A DNA stretch of 64,000 bases from contig CM060732.1 in the NCBI GenBank assembly GCA_030704615.1, positions 1,612,001 through 1,676,000 on the forward strand, in the 5' to 3' direction. A program made the position numbers and the translations under genes. Below the pieces are notes generated by a model, which saw only the letters and a program-made list of their open reading frames with translations, made no database searches and was not told the DNA's origin. Positions within the stretch are counted from its first letter, which is position 1. Every line of letters begins with the position of its first letter. This document shows, in pieces, positions 62,501 through 64,000 of the stretch. This DNA is from Takakia lepidozioides. Taxonomy: Eukaryota; Plantae; Bryophyta.

Positions 62501-63756
62501 TCAAGGATTATTTGAGCAATGATTGGGCCAGACACTATTATAGGAGACTTTGCGGTAGTACCTTGTAATCTTTTCATCTCCTCTACCAGTGCGTTGTACA
62601 TTATGTCCGCCCATTGTACCTCTCGTCCCTTCAGGCCTTTGAGTATTTCCTCCGTGAAGGATCTGCTCAAATACTGTTGGTTCTGTTTCATGGCAATCAG
62701 AACGTTCAATACCTGGCCTACCTCTTTTAACCCTGGGTACACAGCCTTGGTACAAGCATAACCCTGAGTTTTAAATAAGTCCTCTATTTACAGTCTTGCC
62801 CTGTGTTGCTCCACATGCACCTGACCTGCTGGTAATCGAAACAATTGCTGGAGGTATAGGGGAGTAATCATTAATTCAACTCCCTTCACCGTTGTTGTTC
62901 CTGTCCTTGGCTCAAAGTTCTGCAAAAATTGTAACATGTACTGTCTATGGTGTAGTGTCCAATCTAGGCTTTGCAATCCTTGCAATCTCAGCTCCTCCAG
63001 TATCTGTATCGCCTGTGGGGTAGCAATTGTTTGTTTCTGCAGAATCGTGGTGCTCTTCACCCTGATTTCCTCTATGCCTCTCACTCTCTTCATTTTAGAC
63101 TCACAGAACTGTTTTGGCTGTAACAACTGCAGGAATGCCTGTAGTGCACAAAGCATAAACGTATGGTTGTCGCAGAAAGCTATGGGTAATTTCTTGTAAG
63201 CCTGCGGGGCTTGCAAGCATCGCTCAAGAGAAAAGCTCCGCTCCGTCCTTTCGTGTCTATGCCACTGCGTAAGTAATATTGCGAGCGTATAGTCTGTTAG
63301 TTCCTCCATAGTTTCCAAGGTATAGCATTGATGGTCTGTCCTGTCGAGACGCCCGTTACTCAGAACGACGCCGCCTCTTGCGCTCAATTTCCCTCCATTT
63401 TCTTGATCCTTTCTCTGGTTTTCTATTGGCTGTATCCGCTGTGACTGGATTTTAGATTTTATCTTCTTTAGTGGACTTTCCCTGTTGGATAGTCCACTAG
63501 GATCACACATGTGACAAGAATTCGGCTTTTCTGTACTTGCCGTTCGTTCCGTTTCCCTTTTTCCGTACTCATTAATGGGCCCGCCTTTCATCCCTTTTGA
63601 CGGCCGTTCTTGTCCTCTTTCTTTTTGACACCTGTCCTTGCACTTCATTCTCGGCTGTGTGTCGCGCCCTGACCTCCACGTGTCTATTTTTAAAGTAATT
63701 TCCGTTTCTTCTTCCTTCAGCCATTTTCCTGAAGTTATTATGTGTCCACTTGTCAC
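59563..63756 (-). pseudogene. Large extra ORF of LTR family C (~1250 codons from the ATG at 63309; one in-frame stop, two frameshifts)
   Basis: Four contiguous ORFs; LQFLQNF...TVKGVELMIT...LFRLP and VQWADIMYNAL resemble the plant transposon protein domain of retroelement extra ORFs; long coiled coil; ends ~20 nt before the PPT. Confidence 0.7.
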
Positions 63757-63779
63757 TGATTCTATGGATCGTGTAACTT

Positions 63780-64000
63780 TAGTAGGCTGTGTTGAGCTGT
63801 GACAGGCTGTGTCATACTGTGTTACGCTGTGATAGGCTGTGATGCACTGTGGTAAGCTGTGATAGGCTGTGACACGCTGTGGTAGGTTGTGATAGGCTGT
63901 GTTGCGCCTTGCTGGGCTGTGATAGGTTGTGTCACGTCGTGATGGGCTGTGATAGGCTGTGTTGCACCGTGATGGGCTGTGATAGGCTGTGTTGCGCCGT
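63780..64000. repeat. ~30-bp GCTGTGATAGGCTGT tandem repeat
   Basis: Units at ~63827, 63857, 63887, 63917, 63947 and 63977. Confidence 0.9.

Overview
This is eukaryotic nuclear DNA, most likely from a land plant (plant-type tRNA-Gly primer site, PLS-type PPR fragment, OSB PDF motifs). A non-seed plant is my guess only. The window is almost entirely nested, rearranged transposons and contains no intact host gene. (1) A minus-strand non-chromoviral Ty3/gypsy element (family B, 32877-54262) has a tRNA-Gly(UCC) PBS, two extra ORFs upstream of gag, three CCHC knuckles and a decayed antisense ORF in its 3' region. (2) A hAT-like DNA transposon family has ends CCTAGTTATCA / CCCGGTTATCA, 8-bp TSDs and long GCGACCGCC-N4-GGCGGTCGC palindrome arrays. 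One 10.3-kb copy splits the gypsy integrase. A second, nested copy has a DUF659 transposase at one end and, by TSD pairing across an inversion, an atypical protein kinase at the other. An unknown coiled-coil ORF and a 120-bp satellite are also associated with the family. (3) A CACTA element has an FCP1-like phosphatase domain among its TnpA-like exons. (4) PPR and OSB-PDF gene fragments lie next to a second CACTA end. (5) The 3' part of another LTR element (family C) carries a large extra ORF. A ~10-kb direct duplication (3985-14114 = 32877-43580) and an inverted duplication (1-2732 = 24108-26300) organise the window. All domain calls come from recognising motifs by eye; no searches were run.
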